This document shows, one piece after another, positions 23,901 through 33,296 of a DNA stretch of 64,000 nt. The notes under the pieces were generated by a model, which did not search any database, was not told the origin of the DNA, and saw only the letters and a list, made by a program, of their open reading frames with translations. The stretch lies in NCBI GenBank assembly GCA_964016885.1, contig OZ024759.1, positions 3,472,001-3,536,000 on the forward strand. The letters are read 5' to 3'. The DNA is from Eledone cirrhosa. Lineage: Eukaryota. Every line of letters begins with the position of its first letter. The stretch's first letter is position 1. A program made the position numbers and the translations under genes.

Positions 23901-26483
23901 AACAGCATATACTTGCTTCATTTCTATCCACTATATAATATATACTATGTATCAATAAATATCATATACTTTTTTATTTTACTATATTTATATATAAAAT
24001 TTATCATTTGATATTTGATATACTATTATATCCTCTCCACCCCCATCCTTAAGCCCCAGCACCCCTCTTGGGGCAGTAGCACCCACTTTGAGAACCTCTG
24101 TTCTAGAGGGAAGTGAAATTGTAAAGTGTAACAGGCAAGAAGACAACATTTTTCCAAACAAACAAAAAAACCAACTTACTATCAATATAGTTATAATATA
24201 TCCTTAGTTGGGAAATATCGTATGTTTGTCTGAGTTCAAGAGTCCACAATGATCTTGGAGAGCTCATTGTATGAGAACAAGATCTGTGTTGTGGGTTTTG
24301 ATCGAAGTTACCATCTTCAGCCAGGTTAGCTGACATTGAGTACATTTCATTGCGACAAACATTGTTTTTCATTAGAATTACACTGCTTGTTTTGTCTGTC
24401 GTGGTTTGTGTAGCTACTTTACCAATAGCTATATTTCCTGAAAAAGAATGAAAGAAAATTTAATGAAAGTCAATTACTATGAAATGAAATGGATCTCAGT
24501 CAGTTGAAACGATGATTGATCCAGTGGGAAAAGACAAATTGTTTTCTATATACTAAACTTTTGAAATATCTTTTACGTTATCTCTAAATTATTCCATATT
24601 TCCAGTAGAGGCATGTGGCCTAGTGTTAAGTGTGTTGGACTTACCATCATAATGTCATGGGTTCGATTTCTGGGGTGGGTTGTGTGTTGTGTTCTTGAGC
24701 AAAACACTTCATTTCACGTTGCTCCAGTATACTCTGCTGAAAATGAGCACCAACAATAGCTGTGGAGGGTGTAACCCTGCAATGGACTGATGTCCTGTCC
24801 AGGAGGAAGTCTTGTACTCACAGTCGCTTTATGCCATGAAACCAGGATAAGCATTGGCCTAATGAGCCTTCAGGCTTGAGACAGTATAGTCCTATACGAA
24901 CGAGACACGGTCACCCGACCAATCTTGCCTCAATTGGGACAACTCCCGACTAACCCATGCTAGCATGGAAGATAGATGTAAACGATGATGATGATGATGA
25001 TATAGCAACCTCAGCCTCAACAGTGACAGCAACAACAACGGCATGATAATTAGAAATCTACTTACTATAGGTTTTTACTTGGCAATCCGGTCCGGTCCAT
25101 CCTTCTTCACAGCCATATGGGCAAGCCCCAGTTTGTTGATGGCAGTCAGCATCGTTTAAACAATGGCATTGCTTGTTACAAGTATATCCATACCATTGAG
25201 ATGCACAACCTATGTTAAAAGTTAGAATTTATCACACTGATGGACTACATTTCCACAGTTCTCTCTCATCTACAGTTAATTGTTTCTACTATTTGGCACA
25301 AGGTACCAGTAATACACAGGGGTAATTGCTGAATTACCTCAGTGCATTACTGGTGCTTTATTTTATTGACCCCCCCCCCCCCCATAAGAATGAAAGGCAA
25401 ACCTTGGCGGGTTTGAAAGCAAAACGTAAAGGGCCATAACTCTATGCTGCAAAGCATGGTGTCTGACACTCTACGGATTACTGCCAATCCAATAATAATA
25501 ATTGTTTCTACTTTTGGCACAAGGCCAGTCAGCAATTACCTCCAGTGCATTACTGGTACTTTATTTTATCGACCTCCGTAAGAATGAAAGGCAAAGCTAA
25601 CTTCAGCAGGATTTGAACTCAGAACGTAAAGGGCCATAATTCTATGCTGCAAAACATGGTGTCTGATGCTCTACGGATTACTGCCAGTCCAATCCAGCAA
25701 TTACCCCAGTGCATTACTGGTACTTTATTTTATCGACCCCTGTAAGGATGAAAGGCAAAGTTAACCTCGGCGGGATTTGAACTCAGAACATAAAGGGCCG
25801 TAAACATGATGTCTGACACTCTACCGATTACTGCCAGTCTCACATAATTATCTCACCTAATATTATGGTCTGAGTTCAAATCCCGTCGAGGATAACTTTG
25901 CCATTCATCCTTACGGGGGTCGATAAAATAAAGTACCAGTAATACACTGGGGTAATTGCTGGCCTTGTGCCCCCAAAAGTAGAAACATAATATTGAATAT
26001 ATTAGATTTTGATATTATCTATTTTGAGAACATTATCTTAACATTAATAAGGGCGGTGGGTTGGCAGTATCGGTGGAGGGTCGGACGCCATGCTTTCCAG
26101 CATAGAGTTACGGCCCTTTACGATCTGAGTAATGCACTGGGTAATTGCTGGCCTTGTGCCTAAAGTAGAAACAATTATCTTAACATGAATATGAACGGCT
26201 GGTTACAGCCAGTTTGAACAGAAAGAGGTGAGAGAATTCTGGCCAGATACAGTCGCTTTAAATGCTAAAGGGTTAACAGTCACAGTTTGTAGAGATTAAC
26301 AACTAAAGTTTGAATGAATAAAGATCAACAGACCTGATAATGATAATGTTTCGATACAGGTACCCTCTCCTTTTATAGAAATAGACCAAGCGTTTACATC
26401 CCCTGAACAGCTCAAAGGTCTGGTTGTACATATTGATGTACAAAAGGGTTCCTTATTTTTGCCAAAAAATACTGAAACTGTCT
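5782..26483 (-). CDS. Multi-exon MEGF-like / EGF-repeat + F-type lectin extracellular protein (partial model, 8 exons; 5' and 3' ends not identified)
   Basis: Exons 26334-26483, 25066-25209, 24180-24437, 13707-13895, 10831-10965, 8499-8636, 6311-6448 and 5782-5919 are all multiples of 3 and phase 1-1. All have AG acceptors, and all but one have GT donors. Joined, they give one stop-free frame with 8-Cys laminin-type EGF repeats (CxxGxF/YGxxC...CHC...CxxGW/YxGxxCQ) and an F-lectin fold signature. Confidence 0.85.
6008..6250 (+). mobile_element. tRNA-derived CORE-type SINE (other copies approx. 3060-3200 -, 12522-12660 +, 12845-13088 -, 13330-13595 +, 22562-23095 +, 24608-24880 +, 37483-37670 +, 60640-60860 +)
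   Basis: A-box tggcctagtggt and B-box ggttcgattcc, followed by CORE-like ttgtgt(t/c)cttgagcaa(g/a)acactt and gctccagt..actcagctg. Confidence 0.75.
6311..6448 (-). CDS. Exon (138 nt), EGF-like: KCPEGKFGPNCGNTCPCADNSRCNKQTGVCSSGGCAAGYEGSNCQT
   Basis: Acceptor ttcattgtag and donor gtaagt. Confidence 0.9.
6557..6780. repeat. 87-bp tandem repeat, ~2.6 copies
   Basis: gatgtggacc recurs at 6633 and 6720; the unit contains ttaacccttttgatacc. Confidence 0.85.
6830..7155. repeat. Low-complexity (CAC/CAA/CAT)n tract
   Basis: Trinucleotide runs seen directly. Confidence 0.9.
7150..8468. repeat. 51-bp minisatellite (~19 homogeneous units plus ~6 degenerate units on the left)
   Basis: Unit gtggtccctgtctcttctcttccaccaatcagtgagtccctaaatactgtc; 17-aa periodicity in the ORF track. 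Confidence 0.95.
8499..8636 (-). CDS. Exon (138 nt), EGF-like: GCAHGMFGVNCVKKCHCLNNGKCYSDNGICINGRCSPGYRGHSCQS
   Basis: Acceptor ttttctcag and donor gtaagt; EGF Cys pattern. Confidence 0.9.
8663..9237. mobile_element. Tc1/pogo-like MITE carrying two nested SINE copies (related shorter copy at ~43732-43869)
   Basis: Imperfect TIRs tactgtatttcctgacgccgaagac / gtctttgacgccgggaaatacggt; the internal cttcggcctccagga..atggtagat is shared with the copy near 43790. Confidence 0.6.
9310..9800 (+). mobile_element. 3' fragment of RTE LINE with (ATG)n tail
   Basis: ORF 9457-9753 reads RRLRWYRHMMCM...RGRPRKSW...DCDEWR, then ggacgtaaaatgatgatg. Confidence 0.8.
9986..10051 (-). ncRNA. Type I hammerhead ribozyme (family 2)
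   Basis: Reverse complement reads ttgt-CTGAAGA-gaacatgtcaga...tctgacatcttc-GAAA-tacgta-TA-acag, with an 11/12-bp stem II, a palindromic minimal stem III and an AUA triplet. Confidence 0.8.
10831..10965 (-). CDS. Exon (135 nt), EGF-like: CLPGFYGRNCKEECNNCRKTCDQLTGKCVTGCKDGYIDVNNTCK
   Basis: Acceptor gtctttctag and donor gtgagt; EGF Cys pattern. Confidence 0.9.
11162..11385 (+). mobile_element. tRNA-derived SINE family A (other copies approx. 8742-8925 -, 8945-9135 -, 11003-11150 +, 23500-23665 -, 25275-25840 - x3, 25868-26178 +, 61650-61825 +, 62308-62495 -)
   Basis: Head ggcggtggattggcagtatcg (A-box), gagttcaaatccc (B-box), central gcctttcatccttacggggtcgataaaataaagtacca, tail ggccttgtgcc..agtagaaacaatt. 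Confidence 0.8.
11421..12058. mobile_element. TTAA-flanked piggyBac-like MITE with an internal ~72-bp array (~7 units)
   Basis: ttaa|CCCTTTAGCATTTA ... TAAATGCTAAAGGG|ttaa. Confidence 0.85.
13707..13895 (-). CDS. Exon (189 nt), C-terminal half of F-type lectin domain: QNKFSIIVLV...HRICEK...VQCSSPVKGNKITI...LSMCEVEVF; non-canonical AT donor
   Basis: Acceptor tttttctgcag and the typical LSxCEVEV terminal strand. The frame-preserving exon end is followed by ataagt instead of gtaagt. Confidence 0.8.
14291..14505 (+). mobile_element. SINE family A insertion with a 21-bp TSD
   Basis: attatgtgagataattatgag is duplicated at 14270-14290 and 14506-14526. Confidence 0.85.
14508..15863. repeat. 72-bp tandem array, left part (~19 units)
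   Basis: Unit gttatgtgagatattatgtgaggtaaagcctttactgtgacaatacaatagtatatatagagtaatgtaaat; ggtaaagcc at 14526 and 14598. Confidence 0.95.
16101..19547 (-). pseudogene. Tx1-like ORF2 (APE endonuclease + reverse transcriptase + C-terminal zinc-binding region), disrupted
   Basis: Motifs LNVRGL, GDWN, YLDRV, SDH, KSPGLDG, FRPITLLN, KAFDRV, QGYPLS, AYADD and CPRC..ETVAHAFVHC. Frameshifts near 19345 and 17790; stops at 18698 and 18329. Confidence 0.9.
19569..21280 (-). pseudogene. Tx1-like ORF1 (gag-like), frameshifted at the T-run near 20300
   Basis: MDGIFTSHP...SFAQAV...RRPICYYCSSRGHLRAAC (zinc knuckle), continuing in another frame as a Pro/Thr/Gln-rich tail. Confidence 0.8.
21326..22465. repeat. 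72-bp tandem array, right part (~16 units, more variable)
   Basis: Same unit as 14508-15863, running into the MITE right TIR. Confidence 0.95.
22768..22988. mobile_element. Monomeric piggyBac-like MITE (~221 bp) inserted in a CORE-SINE; further copies at ~4231-4444, 42470-42676 and 42681-42938
   Basis: ttaa|CCCTTTAGCATTTAAAC...GTAAATGCTAAAGGG|ctaa; the 42.5-kb pair is head-to-tail and shares one TTAA. Confidence 0.85.
23220..24100. mobile_element. hAT (Charlie-type) MITE with nested SINE and RTE fragments
   Basis: Termini CAGAAGTTCTCAAA / TTTGAGAACCTCTG and an 8-bp TSD TTCTAGAA/TTCTAGAG. Confidence 0.75.
24180..24437 (-). CDS. Exon (258 nt), N-terminal half of F-type lectin domain: NIAIGKVATQ...ANLAEDGNFDQNPQHRSCSHT...LWTLEL...ISQLRIYYN
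   Basis: Acceptor ctttttcag and donor gtaagt. Motifs N(I/V)AxGKxAxQ, AxDGN, SC(S/T)HT and WxxEL match fucolectin/FTP domains. Confidence 0.88.
25066..25209 (-). CDS. Exon (144 nt), EGF-like: GCASQWYGYTCNKQCHCLNDADCHQQTGACPYGCEEGWTGPDCQVKTY
   Basis: Acceptor ttttaacatag and donor gtaagt; Cys spacing of a laminin-type EGF repeat. Not in the ORF track. Confidence 0.9.
26334..26483 (-). CDS. Exon (150 nt): TVSVFFGKNKEPFCTSICTTRPLSCSGDVNAWSISIKGEGTCIETLSLS
   Basis: Pyrimidine-rich acceptor cttctcatttcag and a weaker donor G|gtctgt. Phase 1-1; joins in frame to the next exon as ...SLSGCASQWYG. Confidence 0.6.
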
Positions 26484-26498
26484 CTGAAATGAGAAGTG

Positions 26499-26544
<46 letters not shown>

Positions 26545-26548
<4 letters not shown>

Positions 26549-28815
26549 ACGGAGGAAATGTGGTAAGGAACCAGGTGGACCATAATGCACCAAAGTACTC
26601 AATACTTAGGGTAGTAGAGTGGGTAATAGGAACGAGTAGGACCCCGACGGCTGAGCTCAAGCCGTTTCGACGGCTAATTCTGGACTAAATGAACATTTTT
26701 ATCCTGGTATTTGAATAGCCGAGCTTCTAAAGGGGTAATTCCATATATGGTAAAAGTGATTGTCACGAGGATTGGTCAAAAGTTTGTTGTTGAGACATAA
26801 TAATTCTATGATGGCAATTTGTGGAGGGAAGGGGTAGCTGAACCTGCCAGTAGGAGAAAGAGGGAGAGGAGGTGGAGGAGACCCAGTCATGCGTTGATAG
26901 TGCCGACTACAGCTGGGCATGAGGTCAAAGAGGATACTAGGGAGGGGGAGGGGGAGGAAGTCGAAACAATTAGTAAAACAATTAGTAAAACAATATGGGG
27001 TAAATATATAGAAAAATACCGAGAGTGTTAAAAAGCAATTAAATGTAAAAAAAAAAAAAATAAACAATTTCTGGTTACTACGACCTAAGTCTCTCACTGG
27101 CACTGCTAGGCTAAAGAAAGGTTTACTAGGTGGGACGGAATTATAATGAGACCCTTTTAAGAGGTATAAGTAATAAACCAAGTATATCTTACGGTGACGG
27201 GTCAACAAGTGAGGGGTCAAAATACTAAAGAAACTACCACGAAATAATAAATAAAGGTTTCTACCCCAGGCACAAGGCCAGCAACCACCCAGTGCAAAAA
27301 GTAAACTAATACGAAATAATAATTCAGAGTCCTGAAAAAGAATACTAATACTATCTCTAAGGGTGCCGCCACGATACAAAAGTTCTAGTGCAAACTACAT
27401 AAAAGCTCGTACGAAGTAAAATTTGATACGGAAAATTAGTTCAGAATCCCCCCCCCCCCCCCAAAAAAAAATACTGATATATGAGAAATTAAAGCAAAGA
27501 TACCACTAAGAAATATAGAAAGCACGGAAAAGGGGCAGCGGTCGGATAAGGAGGCAAGTATCCGGGGTCTAACACATCTGCTATAAAAAGCGGAGTCGGC
27601 CAAATCTATCATAGAATAGGGGTAGGGGGTGGGGGTAGTGAAACTACAAAGGACCGAGGGGCTGCCTCGGGTGGGCGAGAAAATGAAAAGGACGACAACA
27701 AAGAAAGAGGACTGGGGTGGAAGGACTAGGGAGGGATGGGGGGAAGAAGGAAATATAGAGGAAGCGATAAAAAGATATAAAAGATCTTACGTCTACCGTA
27801 CCTTTGCAAGCAGGGGTTACCCATTACAAAATCGGCAAGTGGGGTGTTATAGCCCTAGTCTCCCCTCCCCGGGTCATTATGGGGTTTGAGGGCGAGGTAA
27901 GTCCTACGCAATCTATGTTTACATGCAGTAACCAGTCCATCTTTCATTTGTAAAGTTTCCTCCGAGCATAAATTGCACGGACGGCGTCCTCCCGTGTAAG
28001 AGTTGGCTCTGGACAGTAAGCTCCAAGTGAGATCATAGGTAATGTTGTTATCCTTGAGGTCCCATATGTGGCCCGAAAGTGTAGTGGCGTGACGCCGGGC
28101 CGGGTTTCGGAAGGTATTCCTGTGTTGGTATAGCCGGGTCTTGCGGTTAATCCTATATAAGCTTTGTTGGAGGTGTCCGTCCTCACGTTGCACTGGTAGA
28201 TCACATTACGATCTCTGCATCTGTTGTCGAGGGGGAAAATGGATCCATCAGGACAGTTGCACCTCCTGGTCAGCTCTCCACTGCTATTTAGGTTATTTTT
28301 TCCATAGGGGTTGAGTTTTTTGTTGTTAGAGGAGACGATATTTTGTGCAAAGTTTGGTGTGGTGCTGTAAGAGAGTTTAATGGTATTTTTGTTAATTACG
28401 TTGTGGTAGCGGTGTTGTAGTGGGAAGTGTTTTTCAATGAGCCTAAAGAAGATTTTCCCGATAGGAGTTGTCACCTCGGCGTTGTGGGGAGGATTGAACT
28501 GGTTACTGCATGTAAACACAGATTGCGTAGGACTTACCTCGCCCTAAAACCCCATAATGACCCGTGGGGTAGACTAGGGCTATAACACCCCACTTGCCGA
28601 TTTTGTAATGGGTAACCCCTGCTTGCAAAGGTAGACGTAAGATCTTTTATATCTTTTTATCGCTTCCTCTATATTTCCTTCTTCTCCCCATCCCTCCCTA
28701 GTCCTTCCACCCCAGTCCTCTTTCTTTGTCGTCGTCCTTTTCATTTTCTCGCCCACCCGAGGCAGCCCCTCGGTCCTTTGTAGCTTCAGTAGCCCCACCC
28801 CCTTCCCCTATTCTA
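26545..28815 (-). mobile_element. 5'-truncated Penelope-like element with GIY-YIG endonuclease remnant and inverted terminal copy
   Basis: ORFs 27944-28519 and 27855-28193 read FNPP...NTIKLSYS...NVIYQC...YIGLT...RLYQH...TTLSGHIWDLK...CNLCSEE. Inverted repeat 27611-27936 vs 28498-28815. Confidence 0.85.
26641..26736 (-). ncRNA. Variant/degenerate hammerhead in the Penelope 3' region (family 3)
   Basis: Reverse complement reads acccc-tttagaag-ct cggcta...tagccg t-CGAAA-cggcttgagctcagcc-GTC-ggggt. All three stems and GUC are present, but the CUGANGA box is altered. Confidence 0.55.
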
Positions 28816-28984
28816 TATATATATATATATATGTGTGGAAAAAATGAAACAAAATTTCATTTCTCACTCTTAGTGCGGCTGTTACTTAAATATAAAGTAT
28901 GTATACATACATACATATATGTATACAGACGTACAGTAGTATATATACATGCACACATATATATATGTACGTATGGCACTCAAT

Positions 28985-31900
28985 GACAATGTCACAGATT
29001 AAGACAAATTCACCTCCTGCTGCAAGACGAGAATACAAGGACCCCTCTTTATTTCAGACACAGATGACCAACAAAATCCCGTCTCCCACACCCCTCCCTG
29101 CCCCTCCAACCCATCCATCCCACCCTCCCAACTTAGAGTTGGTACCATGAACGTAGGCACATTGAAAGGTCGCTCAAATGAGGTTGTAGAGATGCTTGAA
29201 CGTAAAGAAATTGATGTTTGTTGTATTCAAGAGACTAGGTGGAGAGGGGGATCTGCCAGATTCATCGTGGGTAAAAAACGATGCTATAAACTTTTCTGGG
29301 TGGGAAATGACAACGGACAGGGTAGTGTAGGAATTATGTTAGCTGAAAAATGGGTAGATAAGGTAATTGACGTAAATATAGTGAATGACAGAATAATTAA
29401 ATTAAGACTAGTTCTAAATAGAATTACTGTGACAATAATATCTGCTTATGCACCCCAATCTGGTCTCCCTGATGTTATAAAGGACAGGTTCTATGAGATG
29501 CTAATGCACACTACCTCCCAAATAACCGACAGCGACTACTTAATTATTGCTAGCGATCTAAACAGTCACGTTGGACAACATAGTGATGGCTATGATGGAA
29601 TTCATGGAGGCTATGGGGTTGGAAATAGAAATGAGAAGGGTTTCAGAATCCTGGAATTCTGTGATGCAAATAGCCTAACTATATGTAACACAAACTTCAA
29701 AAAACGTGAAAACCACTTGATCACCTATAGATCAGGGGAACACGCCAGCCAGATAGATTATATCCTTACTAGAAGACGGGACAAAATGTCTGTTGTAAAC
29801 TCTAAATCCCTCCCCCGTGAAGAATGCCCCTCCCAACATCGCCTAGTAGTTAGTGACCTCATAGCCAGGAATAGACGTACTCGACGACAGAGGAGGCCTA
29901 CCTTGAGGAGAAGAATATGGAAGTTGAAGGACCCCATAGCCAGTGACAAATTTAAAAGCTTATTATTTGTTGCCTTTGACAATAAGGAAGAGCAATTAGA
30001 GACGTGCAATAGAGAGGAACAGTGGCAATCCTTGAAAGTGAACCTGCTGAAAGCAACGGATGAAATCTGTGGCTGGAGCAGACCTATTGGCAGGAGGAGA
30101 GTAACTTGGTGGTGGAACAGTGAGGTGGAAGAGACAATCAAGGGCAAAAAGCAGGCTTGGAAAGAATGGCAGGATGGGGGGCGTAGAGAGCACTATCAAG
30201 TGGCCAGGAGAGAAGCTAGGAGACAAGTGTACCTTGCAAAAAGGGTAGCAGAGGATAGAAAGTTCAAGCATGTTTTGCAACGTGAGGACCAAAAACGTGA
30301 GGTGTTCAGGATTGCTAGACAATGTGTCAAGGAAAACCGTGATATTGTCGGGGAGAAGTGTGTCCGTAATGATAATGGTGTACTTGCGCTCACTGATACT
30401 GATAAGCCTGGAAGAGGCACTACGAGAGACTATTAAATGAGAAGAATAAATGGGAAAAAGATAGTCTGCCCCAAATCGATCCAATGGTGCAAGGTAAAGG
30501 TAGTATAATAAGTAAGGCAATCAAAGATATGAAGACAGGCAAGGCAGCTGGGCCTTTGGAGGTAGTTGCTGAGATGCCTTCAACATCTGGTATGGCGGGA
30601 CACACTATGGTCACACGTATAGTTAACCAAGTAATACAGAATGGAGTCATACCGAAAGACTGGCGTAGCAGCATCATCATTAACTGCTACAAGGGTAAAG
30701 GGGATGCTCTAGATAGGGGAAACTATAGAGGCATTAAGTTAGTTGACCAGGTCATGAAGGTCACAGAAAGAGTAATAGCGCAACTAATCAGAGAGCGAAT
30801 TGATCTAGATGAAATGCAGTTTGGGTTTGTGTCAGGTAAAAGTACCACAGACGCTCTTTTCCTTGTACAACTACAAGAGAAGTACCTAGCTAAAAGTAAA
30901 CCCCTCTACTTAGCTTTTGTAGACCTGGAGAAAACTTTTGACAGAGTCCCCCGCTCCATTATCTGGTGGGCTCTTAGAAAACTAGATGTAGATGAATGGC
31001 TGGTGAGAGCTATACAAGCTATGTATAATGAAACAGTCAGTAAGGTTAGAATTAACAATGAATATTGTGAAGAATTTAGTGTAAAAGTTGGCGTTCATCA
31101 AGGCTCTGTCCTTAGCCCCCTCTTATTTATTATTGCCCTTCAGGCTATAACAGAGGAGTTCAAGACCCGCTGCCCATGAGAACTCCTATACGCAGATGAT
31201 CTAACGCTCATAGTTGAATCAATGGCTGAACTAGAGAAGAAATTCGAAACATGGAAGCATGGCCTAGAATCAAAAGGCCTTAAAGTTAACTTGTCTAAGA
31301 CTAAAGTTCTAGTTTGTAGAAAGGAAAATAGGGCACAGGTGCCCTCAAGGAAATGGCTATGCTCAGTGTGTAGGAAAGGAGTAGGCAGAAATTCCATTTT
31401 ATGTCCCAAATGCAAAGTATGGGTACATAAAAGATGTAGTGGGATCACAGGTAAACTATCTCAGAACGTAGACTTTATATGTGGCCAATGCTCAGGTGCA
31501 ATAAGTAGCAAGTGTCCAAAGGATACTAGCTCCTTCCATTGCCCAGATGGTTCTATAGAAATAGTAGACACTTTCCGTTACCTGGGTGACGAAATCAACA
31601 GTGGTGGAGGGTGTTCTGAAAGTACAGTAGCCAGAGTCAGAACGGGATGGAAAAAGTTCAGAGAGCTTATACCGTTGTTGGCCACAAAAGGTTTCTCTCT
31701 AAAAATGAAAGGCAGATTGTATGATGCCTGTTTCTCTCTAAAAATGAAAGGCAGATTGGTATGGCCATGTGATGCGCATTAAAGACGACAGTTGTATAAA
31801 AAAAGTGCAGGGCGATCAAAATTGATGGTAGTTACGGAGTAGGTAAACCCAGAAAAACCTGGGATGATCTGATAAATTCCGACCTTACATACTTACATCT

Positions 31901-32336
31901 CTCTAAGACAATGTCTCTGGACCGAGATCTTTGGTGCTATGCAGTAATACAGAAGACCCGCCTTGCCTATGTACAAAACGAAACCTACAGTCAGTAGGCA
32001 CCTCTTAACCAAATATACACCCCAATCTACTACCCCTACCCTATCCTCCCACTCCCACCAACAGCATGAGAAAATGAAATCGAGTTCGTGTAGGTGTCAC
32101 GGGAAAGAAAAAAAAAACACACAGTCCACGCTGTAATGTGGTCGTGTAGGTAACATGGTAAAAAGTTCCCAGTTCCACACTGTAAATGTGGTTGGTGTTA
32201 GGAAGGGCATCCAGCCGTAGAAAACCTGCCAGATAGTTCTATATGAGTGAGACACGGTCACCCGACCAGCCTTGCCTCAACTCCCGTCTAACCCATGCTA
32301 GCGTGGAAAATGGACGTTAAACGAAGATGATGATGA
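28985..32336 (+). mobile_element. Near full-length degraded RTE-clade LINE
   Basis: ORF pieces 29147-30436 (APE: NVGTL, IQETRW, AYAPQ, IDYIL), 30484-31179 (RT: YRGIKL, DLEKTFD, QGSVLSP), YADD at ~31190, a Cys-rich insert, and an (ATG)n 3' tail. Confidence 0.9.
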
Positions 32337-32356
32337 TATATATAGGAAAATGTATG

Positions 32357-32452
32357 ACCTCGACAGTAGAGCTCAAGCCGTTTCGACGGCTATTTCTGGA
32401 CTAAATTAGAATTTTTAGCCTGGTAAATAAATAGCCGAACTTTTCAAGGGGT
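32357..32452 (-). ncRNA. Variant hammerhead (family 3) in a second Penelope 3'-region fragment (~32345-32800)
   Basis: Reverse complement reads acccc-ttgaaaag-tt cggctattt...aaatagccg t-CGAAA-cggcttgagctctact-GTC-gaggt. 32345-32610 resembles 26630-26900, and 32740-32800 is an inverted copy of 26545-26605. Confidence 0.5.
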
Positions 32453-33210
32453 ACTTCCTTATATGGGAAGATTGTAGCTGTCAAGAGGATTGGTCAAAAA
32501 TTCCTGGTAAACACAATTAAGTCTATCATGGCAGTGGGTGGGAGGTGGGGATGGCTGAACTTGCCTGTAGAGCAAAGAGGGAGTGGGTGGAGCCGGTCAA
32601 GCGTTGAAAGTGAAATCTAAACAGCAAATTCTAAGGATTGTGTAAGAAAGTAGGCCAACTTTCATACTTTCCACCATAGCGATTAAACTGCATACCCTGC
32701 TTTCCAGGTTACCCTTTGCCACTGATATATATATATTTATATATTGAGTACTCTGGTGCATTATGGTCCTTCTGGTTCCTTACCACACCTCCTTTGTTAT
32801 ATATATACAACGGCGGCGAAGATTGGAAACCGAATCTGAGCTTTCCCACCTCTGGGACAAGCCATGGTAAGTTGTTTACGCTCAAGAGACTAACCCCCTG
32901 GGGGATGCTAAACACAGGTCAGAGGTGTTTAAGCCTGACAGAAAATAGGTCAGAGGATATATCCATCTTTCTGAGTTGTTTACGCTTGGCAAACTAATCC
33001 CTTGGGAGACTCTAACCAAAGTTCAGAGGATATATCTATCCTTCTAACTTCAACTCTTATAAATACAGGGGTTGTTTACGCCCCGACAGAAAAGAAGTGA
33101 TATACAGACAAGACAAGTGGCCTTTACAAGCTCTCGTCACGAAATACCAGTCCGTCACTAATTTCCTCTCCTGCCTGGCTGATCGATACAACCACATATT
33201 CCGTTACAAC

Positions 33211-33221
33211 TGGTGACCCCG
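33211..33221 (+). promoter_or_regulatory. Primer-binding site, tRNA-Trp type
   Basis: TGGTGACCCCG lies 2 nt after the LTR end and matches the start of the known tRNA-Trp PBS TGGTGACCCCGACGTGAT. Confidence 0.75.
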
Positions 33222-33296
33222 TAAAACAGACACACAACTTCTGATCATCCACTACAAACGATGTCTCTAGCACACGACGATTCATCTACGGCAGAA

